Below, one piece after another: positions 7,875 through 15,438 of a DNA stretch of 32,000 nucleotides (position 1 is its first letter; every line of letters begins with the position of its first letter). The stretch is from NCBI RefSeq assembly GCF_030253515.1, contig NZ_CP124549.1:540001-572000 (forward strand), written 5' to 3'. The notes beneath the pieces were generated by a model. It worked only from the letters and a program-made list of their open reading frames with translations, had not been told where the DNA came from and searched no databases. A program made the translations under genes and the position numbers. Source of the stretch: Candidatus Nanosynbacter lyticus. GTDB taxonomy: Bacteria > Patescibacteriota > Saccharimonadia > Saccharimonadales > Saccharimonadaceae.

Positions 7875-8444
7875 CTACTGCATGATATACCACTGCGCAA
7901 ATTGATGCCATTGCTGCAGCGTATCAGTCTCAACCGCCAAGCCTTGATCGCGCCGATCAAACACCTCGGATATCGTCAGGCCGTTACTGCCATCCATCGT
8001 AATAATCTTGTTGACCGACGCGCCGCTCTCACCGCGCGGCGGGCTGACAAACTTCCCCGGCTGATCAAAGATAAACGTCTGTAGAGTATGCCCGTCGTAA
8101 TAGACGACAATATCATGGAGGACAATTTGCCAATCGTCCTTGTCGCGGAGCAGTGCCAAAAAATCCTCGGGCGCCAACCAGTGCGCAACATCCTTCATGT
8201 AACCACCGGGAAAGCCGCCGAGCGCGGGCACTTCCCAATTACTATCATTAACAACAACCGGCTTGCCAACCTTCTCGTACGCTGTCCGAACCTTAGCCTC
8301 AGTAATTTTCAATGGATCACGGTGCTGGATCTCATCAATATCGAGATTAATAATCTCCACCGCTATGTCGTATTGGCTCAGTGTAGCAGTTGCCTCCTCG
8401 ATTTTACGTGGGTTACCGGTAACGAGATTGATATGTTTTGTCAT
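7875..8444 (-). CDS. Divergent Ham1/ITPase-family NTP pyrophosphatase paralog
   Basis: The N-terminal half matches Ham1 (VTGNPRK, EIQ, VVVNDSNWEVPALGGFPGGY). The C-terminal half keeps PRGE.G but has ASVNK in place of the FG[YW]D motif and lacks SHR. Confidence 0.75.
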   Translation of the reverse strand: MTKHINLVTGNPRKIEEATATLSQYDIAVEIINLDIDEIQHRDPLKITEAKVRTAYEKVGKPVVVNDSNWEVPALGGFPGGYMKDVAHWLAPEDFLALLRDKDDWQIVLHDIVVYYDGHTLQTFIFDQPGKFVSPPRGESGASVNKIITMDGSNGLTISEVFDRRDQGLAVETDTLQQWHQFAQWYIMQ

Positions 8445-8451
8445 GGGGTTT

Positions 8452-8460
8452 GTTATAGCA
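8452..8460 (-). promoter_or_regulatory. Extended -10-like box (TGcTATAAC) 7 nt upstream of ATG 8444
   Basis: Minus strand reads TAA GAGG TGC TATAAC AAACCCC ATG, in the 20-nt gap after the preceding ITPase gene. Confidence 0.35.
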
Positions 8461-8464
8461 CCTC

Positions 8465-9019
8465 TTATTCCAGTGTAGCGAGAAATTGGCGGACGGCGTC
8501 AATTGGTTTAATTGTGGGGTACGTGACTACATATTCGTCAGCATAAAGTTCAGCGCGAGTTCTGCCGCCGTAGCCATCTGGGCAAAATATTTTATCCCAG
8601 CCAAAACCACCATTGCCTGCAGGATGCTTGGCGATGACGCCACCAAGTTCAGCGCGGAACAACTTGACCTGCTCACCATCGTAGTAGCCAAACACACACG
8701 CCGCTGCTGCCGATCGATCATCAAAGCCATCAAGCATCCGACAGAGGTTCTCTAAACCGTTCGGCGCCTCGACAAAAAACTTGATAAACGGACCTGGCAG
8801 TCCACTGAGCGCCGTAAACTCAAGCGCCACATCCTCAACCAAAACTGGACGCTTAGCAACTGCATACGCCTGACGTACCTTATGCTCAACAATCTCTTCC
8901 AAGCTAGTCGATTGAATTTCCGTTAAATCAACCGCCCGATGCTTCAGCGGTAAACCCAGCATGCGCGATAAATAATCTGCTTTGTGTTGATTGCCTGTGA
9001 TAAACGTAATCGTCTTCAT
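8465..9019 (-). CDS. Non-canonical purine NTP pyrophosphatase (ITPA/RdgB/Ham1 family)
   Basis: Full motif set: ITGNQHK, TEIQ, VLVEDVAL, LSGLPGPFIKFF, GNGGFGWDKIF. The ORF opens with GTG 9022, but ATG 9019 is preferred (AGGTG 8 nt upstream). Confidence 0.85.
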   Translation of the reverse strand: MKTITFITGNQHKADYLSRMLGLPLKHRAVDLTEIQSTSLEEIVEHKVRQAYAVAKRPVLVEDVALEFTALSGLPGPFIKFFVEAPNGLENLCRMLDGFDDRSAAAACVFGYYDGEQVKLFRAELGGVIAKHPAGNGGFGWDKIFCPDGYGGRTRAELYADEYVVTYPTIKPIDAVRQFLATLE

Positions 9020-9024
9020 CACAC

Positions 9025-9681
9025 TTACACCTGAGCTTTGGAGTTTATTTTCTCGAATCGCGGCACAGATTTCCCGTCCAGCACTACTGTTTCCGTAAAC
9101 ATACTGGCAGGGCGTGCAAATAATTCATATTCATTCTCATAGAGAGGCCGGTAAATCACCAGGAGTTCTTCCGTCTCAGTTTCTAAGGCTAGGCCGATCA
9201 CCTCGTATAGCTTGCCTGATTTGCTATGCTTGTACACACCCTTGCTTATTTTCGCGCAACGACTCTGCTCTTTACTATCCGCCGTTTCTTCGCGATACTT
9301 CTCTGGCTGAGCGCGGAAGATCTCCACCCATTTACTATCATCCGCCAGATCATGATATTTAATGTAATGCCGCTTGTCAAAGCCGCCTTTATCCTGTTTT
9401 TTACGCGCCATTTCCTCTTGAACTTGCTCTGTAGAAAAGCCAAAATCTTGGCGCAGCGCGTCAACGACTTCCTGCAAATCAGCCAGCTCTTTGAGCGATT
9501 CGTCGCGTTGATTATCGCCCAGTGGAATTTCGTCTGCCTCCTCGTGAACTTTGCGGAGCAACTCGCGGCGAAATTCTTGCTTGTTTAGTTCGCGGTACTC
9601 CGTATGTAAAACTTCTTCGTCATCCAGACACTTTTTCACGACTTTGTCGCGAACTAGTTTTTGTAAGTAAAATCGGATCAT
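9025..9681 (-). CDS. All-alpha (MazG-like, KLVRDK-type) NTP pyrophosphohydrolase fused to a DUF1653-like domain
   Basis: N-terminal part: YLQKLVRDKV..., EEADE, LKELADLQEVVDAL, KKQDKGGFDKRHYI. C-terminal part: GVYKHSKSGKLYEVIGLALETETEELLVIYRPLYENEYELFARPASMFTETVVLDGKSVPRFEKI, which matches the DUF1653 pattern as I recall it. Confidence 0.75.
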   Translation of the reverse strand: MIRFYLQKLVRDKVVKKCLDDEEVLHTEYRELNKQEFRRELLRKVHEEADEIPLGDNQRDESLKELADLQEVVDALRQDFGFSTEQVQEEMARKKQDKGGFDKRHYIKYHDLADDSKWVEIFRAQPEKYREETADSKEQSRCAKISKGVYKHSKSGKLYEVIGLALETETEELLVIYRPLYENEYELFARPASMFTETVVLDGKSVPRFEKINSKAQV

Positions 9682-9693
9682 ATATATTCCCCT

Positions 9694-11727
9694 TTATTCT
9701 TGTAGCATACGCATCAGTTCCTGCTCGTCGATAATTTTGGTACCATATTGCTCAGCTTTTTTTAGCTTGCTGGCGCCAACTTTACCGCCGGCAACCAGGT
9801 AGGTGGTGTCTTTGCCGACTGAAGTTTGGAAGGTACCGCCGAGATTGCGGATTTTTTCAGCAGCGGCGTCACGGCCCATTGACTGCAGCGTGCCGGTGAT
9901 GACAAAACTTTGACCAGCTAGTCGGTCGGATTTTTGACTAAACTGCGGCGCCACACCCAAGTCAGCAAATTTTTCGAGCAGCGTCACATTATCTTCATCA
10001 GCAAACCATGCCACGATTGACTCGGCGACAATCTCACCCACTCCGTCTACTTCGCGCAGCTCATCAATGGTCGCCATCAGTAACTTTTCGATACTCTCAA
10101 ACTTATTAGCGAGATCAATCGCCGTCTGCGCGCCAACATGCCGAATACCAAGCCCAAATAAGAATCGCTCCAAGGCTGGCTGTTTCTTGGCAGCAATGGC
10201 ATCAATGAGCTTTTGCGCGGAAATATCAGCGAAACGCTCTAACTGCAGCAAATCGTCTTTCGTCAGACGGTAGATATCTGCCAAATCATTAACCAGCCCA
10301 GCTTCTACCAGCGCCTCGACATTTTTCTCGCCCAATGTGTCGATGTCCAGCGCGCCTTTAGACGCAAAGTGCGCCAAGGCTCGCTTCAAAATCAGCGGAC
10401 CACTCAAACCTTTAACGCGGTACACCGCCTCGCCTGCCGGCCGCACAAATGCTAGTTCTGGATATTGGCGCGCCAGCTCTGCCGGATAATCAATTGGTTT
10501 AGCGTCTGCCGGCCGCAATTCTTTTAGCACAGTTTGCACCTGCGGGATGATGTCGCCGGCCTTGAAAATCACCACCGTATCACCGCGGCGCACATCCAGC
10601 CGGGCAATTTCATCAGCATTATGCAGACTGGCGTGCTGCACCGTCGTACCGGCCACTACCACTGGGTCAAACACCGCTACTGGCGTGGCCGCACCGGTTC
10701 GACCGATGGAAATGACAATATCACGGACGATGGTCGTAGCTTCTTCGGCGGCAAATTTATACGCTACTGCCGCTCGTGGTGTCTTGCCAACAATGCCCAG
10801 CTCGGCAAACTGCCGCCGGTCATTGAGCTTGATGACTGCTCCGTCGGTGTTAAACTGGAGCGATTGACGCACTTCATCAAGGTGGTTAATATAACTCATC
10901 ACCTCGTCCAGACCATAGACGATTTGCGTCTGCCGACTGGTGGTGATGCCCAGCTCATTCATCATCTGGTAGCCAAAGGCAATTGTTGGCGTGTCCTCAA
11001 GGTTGTCACGAATGATGTCATAGCCAACAAAATTGAGCGGACGCTCAGCCACCAGTTTTGGGTCAAGCTGACGAATCGTTCCTGCTGCTAGATTACGCGG
11101 ATTAGCAAATTCTGGCTGACCGGCCGCTCGCCGACGCTGATTTAAGGCTGCAAAGTCCTCTTTGTGCATCACGATTTCACCACGAATCTCCGTTCGACCG
11201 CGCAAAAAATGAGCAAATCGCTGGTTGGCGCGCAGTGTCAGCGGCACATTCTGAATCGTCCGCACATTCATGGTCACATCTTCACCAACCAATCCGTCGC
11301 CGCGCGTCACGGCCCGCGTCAGCACACCGTCTTCATAAATCAGCGCACAGGCCAGGCCATCCATCTTGATATCACACAAAAATTCTTCAGTGATGTCGCT
11401 ACGCACTTTGTGCATACGCTCTATCCACGCCGCAACTTCTTCTCGGTCAAACACGTCCTGCAGTGAAATCATCCGCGTTTGATGCTGGACCTTGGTAAAT
11501 TTACTGAGCGCTTTTCCTGCCACTCGCTGGGTTGGGCTGTCTGGCGTGATGAGTTCAGGAAACTGCTCTTCTAGCTGCGACAATTCATGTTTCAGGCTAT
11601 CAGCCGCCACCTCGCTCATGATCGATTCATCAAGCACGTGATAATGATAGCGATAATCATTGATCAGATCTCGCAGTTTGACAATTCGTTGCTCGGCCGC
11701 CTGCCGATCAAGCTGGCGCGCTGTCAT
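9694..11727 (-). CDS. ligA: NAD-dependent DNA ligase
   Basis: Adenylation motif CDIKMDGLA, plus OB, Zn, HhH and C-terminal BRCT-like regions. About 677 aa from ATG 11727 (MTARQLD). The longer ORF start at 11778 would overlap the upstream gene by 71 nt. Confidence 0.95.
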   Translation of the reverse strand: MTARQLDRQAAEQRIVKLRDLINDYRYHYHVLDESIMSEVAADSLKHELSQLEEQFPELITPDSPTQRVAGKALSKFTKVQHQTRMISLQDVFDREEVAAWIERMHKVRSDITEEFLCDIKMDGLACALIYEDGVLTRAVTRGDGLVGEDVTMNVRTIQNVPLTLRANQRFAHFLRGRTEIRGEIVMHKEDFAALNQRRRAAGQPEFANPRNLAAGTIRQLDPKLVAERPLNFVGYDIIRDNLEDTPTIAFGYQMMNELGITTSRQTQIVYGLDEVMSYINHLDEVRQSLQFNTDGAVIKLNDRRQFAELGIVGKTPRAAVAYKFAAEEATTIVRDIVISIGRTGAATPVAVFDPVVVAGTTVQHASLHNADEIARLDVRRGDTVVIFKAGDIIPQVQTVLKELRPADAKPIDYPAELARQYPELAFVRPAGEAVYRVKGLSGPLILKRALAHFASKGALDIDTLGEKNVEALVEAGLVNDLADIYRLTKDDLLQLERFADISAQKLIDAIAAKKQPALERFLFGLGIRHVGAQTAIDLANKFESIEKLLMATIDELREVDGVGEIVAESIVAWFADEDNVTLLEKFADLGVAPQFSQKSDRLAGQSFVITGTLQSMGRDAAAEKIRNLGGTFQTSVGKDTTYLVAGGKVGASKLKKAEQYGTKIIDEQELMRMLQE

Positions 11728-12823
11728 CGGCGACGACCTTTCGGTAGAATAGATAAATATAGCACGCCGAGGCAACAATCGAGAACGCCACCAACATCAA
11801 CGCCACGAGCGGCACCAGCGGCAGCCAGTTCAACGCCGGTATCACCGTTTTGAGTGCACCATCAATCGTAATGACCGGAATAAGCACCGCCGCCCAAACC
11901 ACGGCGAGCACCACCAGCAGCCACATCAATCGCAGCAAGATTCGCATCCGCCGTCCTAGTACAACGTCCGAAGCCAGTCGCGCTGCTTCTAGTGGATACA
12001 TTCCCGGTAGCGTGACGATCACCATAGCAAACAACGTACTCGTTAGCCAGTATATCGACAAGGTAACGATTAATATGGTGGCACCGGCCGCCAACATCAG
12101 CACCACCGTCTGTTGTAACATGCCTGACGTATCCGCCGCTCCGTAGATGATCACCGCTATCGCCGCTGGTAATAATTGAATGAGCGCAATAAACACCAGA
12201 ACCGCCAGGGCAATGACTGGTGCACCCGCGTTATACAGCCCATCACGAATCTTTAGGCGCTTATCAGCGGTCACGCCACGAATCAGCCAGATTGTCGTCA
12301 GCCATATATATAGCCCAATTAACGCACCAACTAGCTGCTGGGATGATCCCACACTACCCGTCGAACCGCCAAGCTGATTGGTAACCACGCCGGCAAATAG
12401 CGCCAGTGTCGGCATCACAGCACCCAGGGCTCCTTCTTGGTTCGCTTCATTAATTGTATCTTTGAGTTGCTGGTACGTATCTTGTGACATTAACCCCGAT
12501 AACAATACGCCCAATACCGCATATATCGCCGCCAGTCCGACGAAGATTCGCCAGTGTTGTCGCATCAGCTGCCATGCTTGGTTCGTTAGTGCAAAGTAGC
12601 CCGGCAACTTGAGCGAACGACGATAGTCACGCCGCTTGGTCACTCGAAAACTGCGGTGCGGCCGACGGCGGAGAAAAGCTTGACGACGCTGCATCAGCCG
12701 CTGCCAGGTCCTGTCAATTTTCTTTTTCAACGACACATTCTTCTTTGTCGCAGAGTGACTATCCGCCTTTGCAGCTGCTCGTTTGCGCCGTGTAGTGTGT
12801 TGTTTTTTAGTTGGCTTCGTCAT
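11708..12823 (-). CDS. Hypothetical polytopic membrane protein with an Arg/Lys-rich N-terminus
   Basis: 371-aa ORF. The first roughly 75 aa are strongly basic, followed by 6-8 predicted TM helices. It starts 2 nt after the htpX stop and its end overlaps the ligA start by 20 nt. Confidence 0.75.
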   Translation of the reverse strand: MTKPTKKQHTTRRKRAAAKADSHSATKKNVSLKKKIDRTWQRLMQRRQAFLRRRPHRSFRVTKRRDYRRSLKLPGYFALTNQAWQLMRQHWRIFVGLAAIYAVLGVLLSGLMSQDTYQQLKDTINEANQEGALGAVMPTLALFAGVVTNQLGGSTGSVGSSQQLVGALIGLYIWLTTIWLIRGVTADKRLKIRDGLYNAGAPVIALAVLVFIALIQLLPAAIAVIIYGAADTSGMLQQTVVLMLAAGATILIVTLSIYWLTSTLFAMVIVTLPGMYPLEAARLASDVVLGRRMRILLRLMWLLVVLAVVWAAVLIPVITIDGALKTVIPALNWLPLVPLVALMLVAFSIVASACYIYLFYRKVVADDSAPA

Positions 12824-12825
12824 GA

Positions 12826-13701
12826 TTACATCTTCGTTGCATTACTTCGCAGACGTGCGATTCGATCTTCTAGTGGCGGATGGGTGCTAAATAACTTTGA
12901 GAAAAAACCAGGACGCAGCGGATTATTCATAAACAAGTTCGCTGTTGAGGTGCTCTGCTTGCGCATTGGCCGACCATAACTCTGCAACTTCTCCAACGCC
13001 ATCGCCAGCCCCTCCGAGTCACGAGTCAATAATGCACCCGAGGCGTCCGCGAGATACTCGCGCTGGCGGCTGACTGCCAGTTGCGTAATCGTTGCTAAAA
13101 TCGGCGCCAAGATTACCACTATAATACCCACGACGTAGACAACCGGACTGGTATCCCCGTCATCATCATCGCCATAAATCATCATCCGGAGTGCGATATC
13201 AGCAAGCAACCCAATGGCACTCACCAACCCAAAGGCAATCATACTAACGCGAATATCGTAGTTGCGCACATGACTCATCTCGTGCGCCATCACCGCCTCG
13301 AGCTCGCGCTTGTCCATAATTTCCAACAGCCCAGTAGTCGCACCGACGATAGCGTGCTTTGGATCGCGGCCCGTCGCAAACGCGTTTGGCGCTGGATCGT
13401 CAATAATGTAGACCTTTGGCATCGGCATGCCGGAAGCAATCGCGAGGTTTTCTACTACCCGCCACAGCTCCGGCGCATCCTTCTTTTCAATCTGCTGCGC
13501 ACCGCTCATCGCCATGGCCAATTTACCAGCGATATAATATTGTAACCACGCATAAAGCAGCGCACAACCGACAATGATCAACGACAATGAATAGTTCCGT
13601 AGATACATACCGACCAGTACACCGATTACGCTGATAATCGCCACAAACACTGCCATGATCAGTACGGTGTTTCGCTTATTATGAGAAATTGCACTATACA
13701 T
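12826..13701 (-). CDS. htpX: Zinc metalloprotease HtpX (M48 family)
   Basis: HEMSH zinc motif (MAHEMSHVRNYD), N-terminal TM helices and the C-terminal HPPLEDRI motif. Confidence 0.9.
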   Translation of the reverse strand: MYSAISHNKRNTVLIMAVFVAIISVIGVLVGMYLRNYSLSLIIVGCALLYAWLQYYIAGKLAMAMSGAQQIEKKDAPELWRVVENLAIASGMPMPKVYIIDDPAPNAFATGRDPKHAIVGATTGLLEIMDKRELEAVMAHEMSHVRNYDIRVSMIAFGLVSAIGLLADIALRMMIYGDDDDGDTSPVVYVVGIIVVILAPILATITQLAVSRQREYLADASGALLTRDSEGLAMALEKLQSYGRPMRKQSTSTANLFMNNPLRPGFFSKLFSTHPPLEDRIARLRSNATKM

Positions 13702-13707
13702 GTAGTT

Positions 13708-13716
13708 ATTATACCA
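13708..13716 (-). promoter_or_regulatory. Extended -10 box (TGgTATAAT) 6 nt upstream of the htpX ATG
   Basis: Minus strand reads TTTTT GG TATAAT AACTAC ATG. It directly abuts the U-tract of the lemA terminator. Confidence 0.5.
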
Positions 13717-13745
13717 AAAACCGCCCGCCGAAAATAGGCGAGCGG
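13716..13745 (-). terminator. Intrinsic terminator after lemA
   Basis: On the minus strand a 9-bp GC-rich stem (13737-13745 paired with 13721-13729, one G:U pair) with a 7-nt loop is followed by TTTTT (13716-13720). Confidence 0.6.
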
Positions 13746-13772
13746 CTTAGTTCAGGCAAAGATTATCCTGCC

Positions 13773-14342
13773 TTAGAATTTCACCTCGACTGGATTCTCA
13801 ACACTTGCTCGATCAGCAACCTCAAAGAACTCCTTGGCCTGGAAGCCGAACATGCCGGCAACCATGTTAGCTGGGAACCTTTGAATCCTTGTGTTCAGAT
13901 CACGAACACCGCCATTATAAAAGCGACGCGATGCCTGGATCTTATCCTCCGTATCAACCAGCTCTTGCTGTAGCTGCATGAAGTTTTGGTTAGCCTTTAA
14001 GTCTGGATAAGCCTCGGCTACCGCGAACAGGCTCTTCAACGCACCTTCGAGCATGTTCTCTGCTTCGGCAGTATCCTTCACACCTTTAGCGTCCATAATG
14101 GCTGAACGAGCTTCAGTAACCTTTTCAAATACTTCTTTCTCGTGCGTGGCGTAGCCCTTGACTGAGTTAACCAGGTTTGGAATCAAGTCAGTCCGGCGTT
14201 TGAGCTGGACAGTGATATCACTCCATGCTTCCTCGACGCGATTACGCAGCATCACCAGTCCGTTGTACGTACCGATCAAAAACGCCACGATCAGAACGAT
14301 AACGACACCAACGATAATTAAGGTTATTATTACTGCATCCAT
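13773..14342 (-). CDS. lemA: LemA family protein
   Basis: N-terminal TM helix followed by LemA-like YNGLV.LRN.VEEAWSDI.VQLKRR.DLIPNLV. AAGGAGA lies 7 nt upstream of the ATG. Confidence 0.9.
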   Translation of the reverse strand: MDAVIITLIIVGVVIVLIVAFLIGTYNGLVMLRNRVEEAWSDITVQLKRRTDLIPNLVNSVKGYATHEKEVFEKVTEARSAIMDAKGVKDTAEAENMLEGALKSLFAVAEAYPDLKANQNFMQLQQELVDTEDKIQASRRFYNGGVRDLNTRIQRFPANMVAGMFGFQAKEFFEVADRASVENPVEVKF

Positions 14343-14379
14343 GTTCTATTCTCCTTATGGTTAGTACCTTATACACATA

Positions 14380-14388
14380 ATTATACCA
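14380..14388 (-). promoter_or_regulatory. Extended -10 box (TGgTATAAT) for lemA, leadered
   Basis: Hexamer at 14380-14385 with TG at 14387-14388. The leader of about 30 nt carries the SD at 14350-14356. Confidence 0.5.
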
Positions 14389-14430
14389 TACACACGAGTC
14401 GTATAGTGGCAAAATCATGCCAACTCATTG

Positions 14431-14460
14431 TTGACACGCAGCTCATCATAGTCGTATACT
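14431..14460 (+). promoter_or_regulatory. Sigma70-type promoter of the abrB-like/ABC operon
   Basis: TTGACA (14431-14436), 18-nt spacer, TATACT (14455-14460). Confidence 0.55.
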
Positions 14461-14462
14461 TA

Positions 14463-14487
14463 TTCATATAAATCATATTTATATGAA
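14463..14487. promoter_or_regulatory. Perfect 11-3-11 palindrome (candidate operator)
   Basis: TTCATATAAAT cat ATTTATATGAA. The arms at 14463-14473 and 14477-14487 are exact reverse complements. It starts 3 nt after the -10 box and covers the predicted transcription start. Confidence 0.55.
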
Positions 14488-14500
14488 AGAAAGGAATTAT

Positions 14501-14716
14501 ATGACAAAACCAAAGAGTAGACATGCTTGGACAGTCAAGGTTGGCGAACGCGGGCAAATTGTGATACCCAAAGAGGCACGAGATATTTTTAATATCAAGC
14601 CTGGCGATACACTTATCATGCTCGGCGACAAGCAGCAAGGAATTGCTATTCCGACTAAGAATAAAGTCATTGATACAATCACCGCCGTACTCAATGATAC
14701 GGAGATAAAATCATGA
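14501..14716 (+). CDS. AbrB/MazE/SpoVT-family DNA-binding protein
   Basis: SpoVT-AbrB swapped-hairpin pattern: VKVGERGQIVIPKEARDIFNIKPGDTLIML. ATG 14501 has AAGGAA 4 nt upstream, while the alternative ATG 14483 lies inside the palindrome. The stop overlaps the next start (ATGA). Confidence 0.8.
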   Translation: MTKPKSRHAWTVKVGERGQIVIPKEARDIFNIKPGDTLIMLGDKQQGIAIPTKNKVIDTITAVLNDTEIKS

Positions 14717-15438
14717 ATGCAATCACTGCGACCAACTTAACAAAACGCTACGGTGACTTTGTCGCAGTCGACAGCCTTAATCTATCAATTGAAAAGGGTG
14801 AGTTATTTTCACTACTTGGTGTCAATGGTGCGGGTAAGACGACATTGATTAAAATGTTATCTTGCTTAAGCCAACCAACACAAGGTGATGCTATTTTACT
14901 CGGCAATAGTATTACCGAAAAACCTCAGGCAGTCAAACAGATGATCAACGTTTCACCGCAAGAAACTGCTGTAGCTGGTAATTTATCAGTCCGCGAGAAT
15001 CTCGAACTGATCGCTGGACTCTACGGACAATCTGCTCATAACGCCAGTGAGAGCGCCTCGCGTATGGCAAGCCAATTCAAGCTCGAAACTGTCGAACGTA
15101 AAAAAGCTAAGCATTTATCTGGCGGCATGCAGCGACGCCTGTCGATCGCCATGGCGCTCATCTCAAATCCAAAAATATTATTCATTGACGAACCAACGCT
15201 AGGTCTTGATATTTTTTCGCGCCGTGAGTTATGGGAGGCGATCCAGTTGCTCAAAGGTACAGTGACGACGCTGTTGACAACTCACTATCTCGAGGAAATT
15301 GAAGCATTGTCTGATCGTGTCGGCGTTATGGCGCGCGGCAAGCTCGTGGCAATCGGTACAGTGGCAGAACTACAAAAACAAACTAATACACGCACCCTTG
15401 AGGATGCGTTTGTCGCACTTGTAGGAGATATTCGATGA
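14713..15438 (+). CDS. ABC transporter ATP-binding protein
   Basis: Walker A GVNGAGKTT, signature LSGGMQRRLSIA, Walker B ILFIDEPT. The stop overlaps the permease start (ATGA). Confidence 0.9.
   Translation: MNAITATNLTKRYGDFVAVDSLNLSIEKGELFSLLGVNGAGKTTLIKMLSCLSQPTQGDAILLGNSITEKPQAVKQMINVSPQETAVAGNLSVRENLELIAGLYGQSAHNASESASRMASQFKLETVERKKAKHLSGGMQRRLSIAMALISNPKILFIDEPTLGLDIFSRRELWEAIQLLKGTVTTLLTTHYLEEIEALSDRVGVMARGKLVAIGTVAELQKQTNTRTLEDAFVALVGDIR

Noticed and set aside
11708-11778. The apparent 71-nt overlap between ligA and the upstream membrane protein gene might indicate a frameshift or a fusion.
   Set aside because: Using the internal ATG at 11727 (MTARQLD..., a typical LigA N-terminus) reduces the overlap to 20 nt, which is ordinary in compact genomes.
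14397-14458. A 9-nt direct repeat AGTCGTATA at 14397-14405 and 14450-14458 in the lemA/abrB divergent region.
   Set aside because: Both copies overlap -10-like hexamers (TATAGT, TATACT). A single 9-mer repeat in an AT-rich promoter region is within chance expectation. It might mark a second promoter, but the evidence is insufficient.
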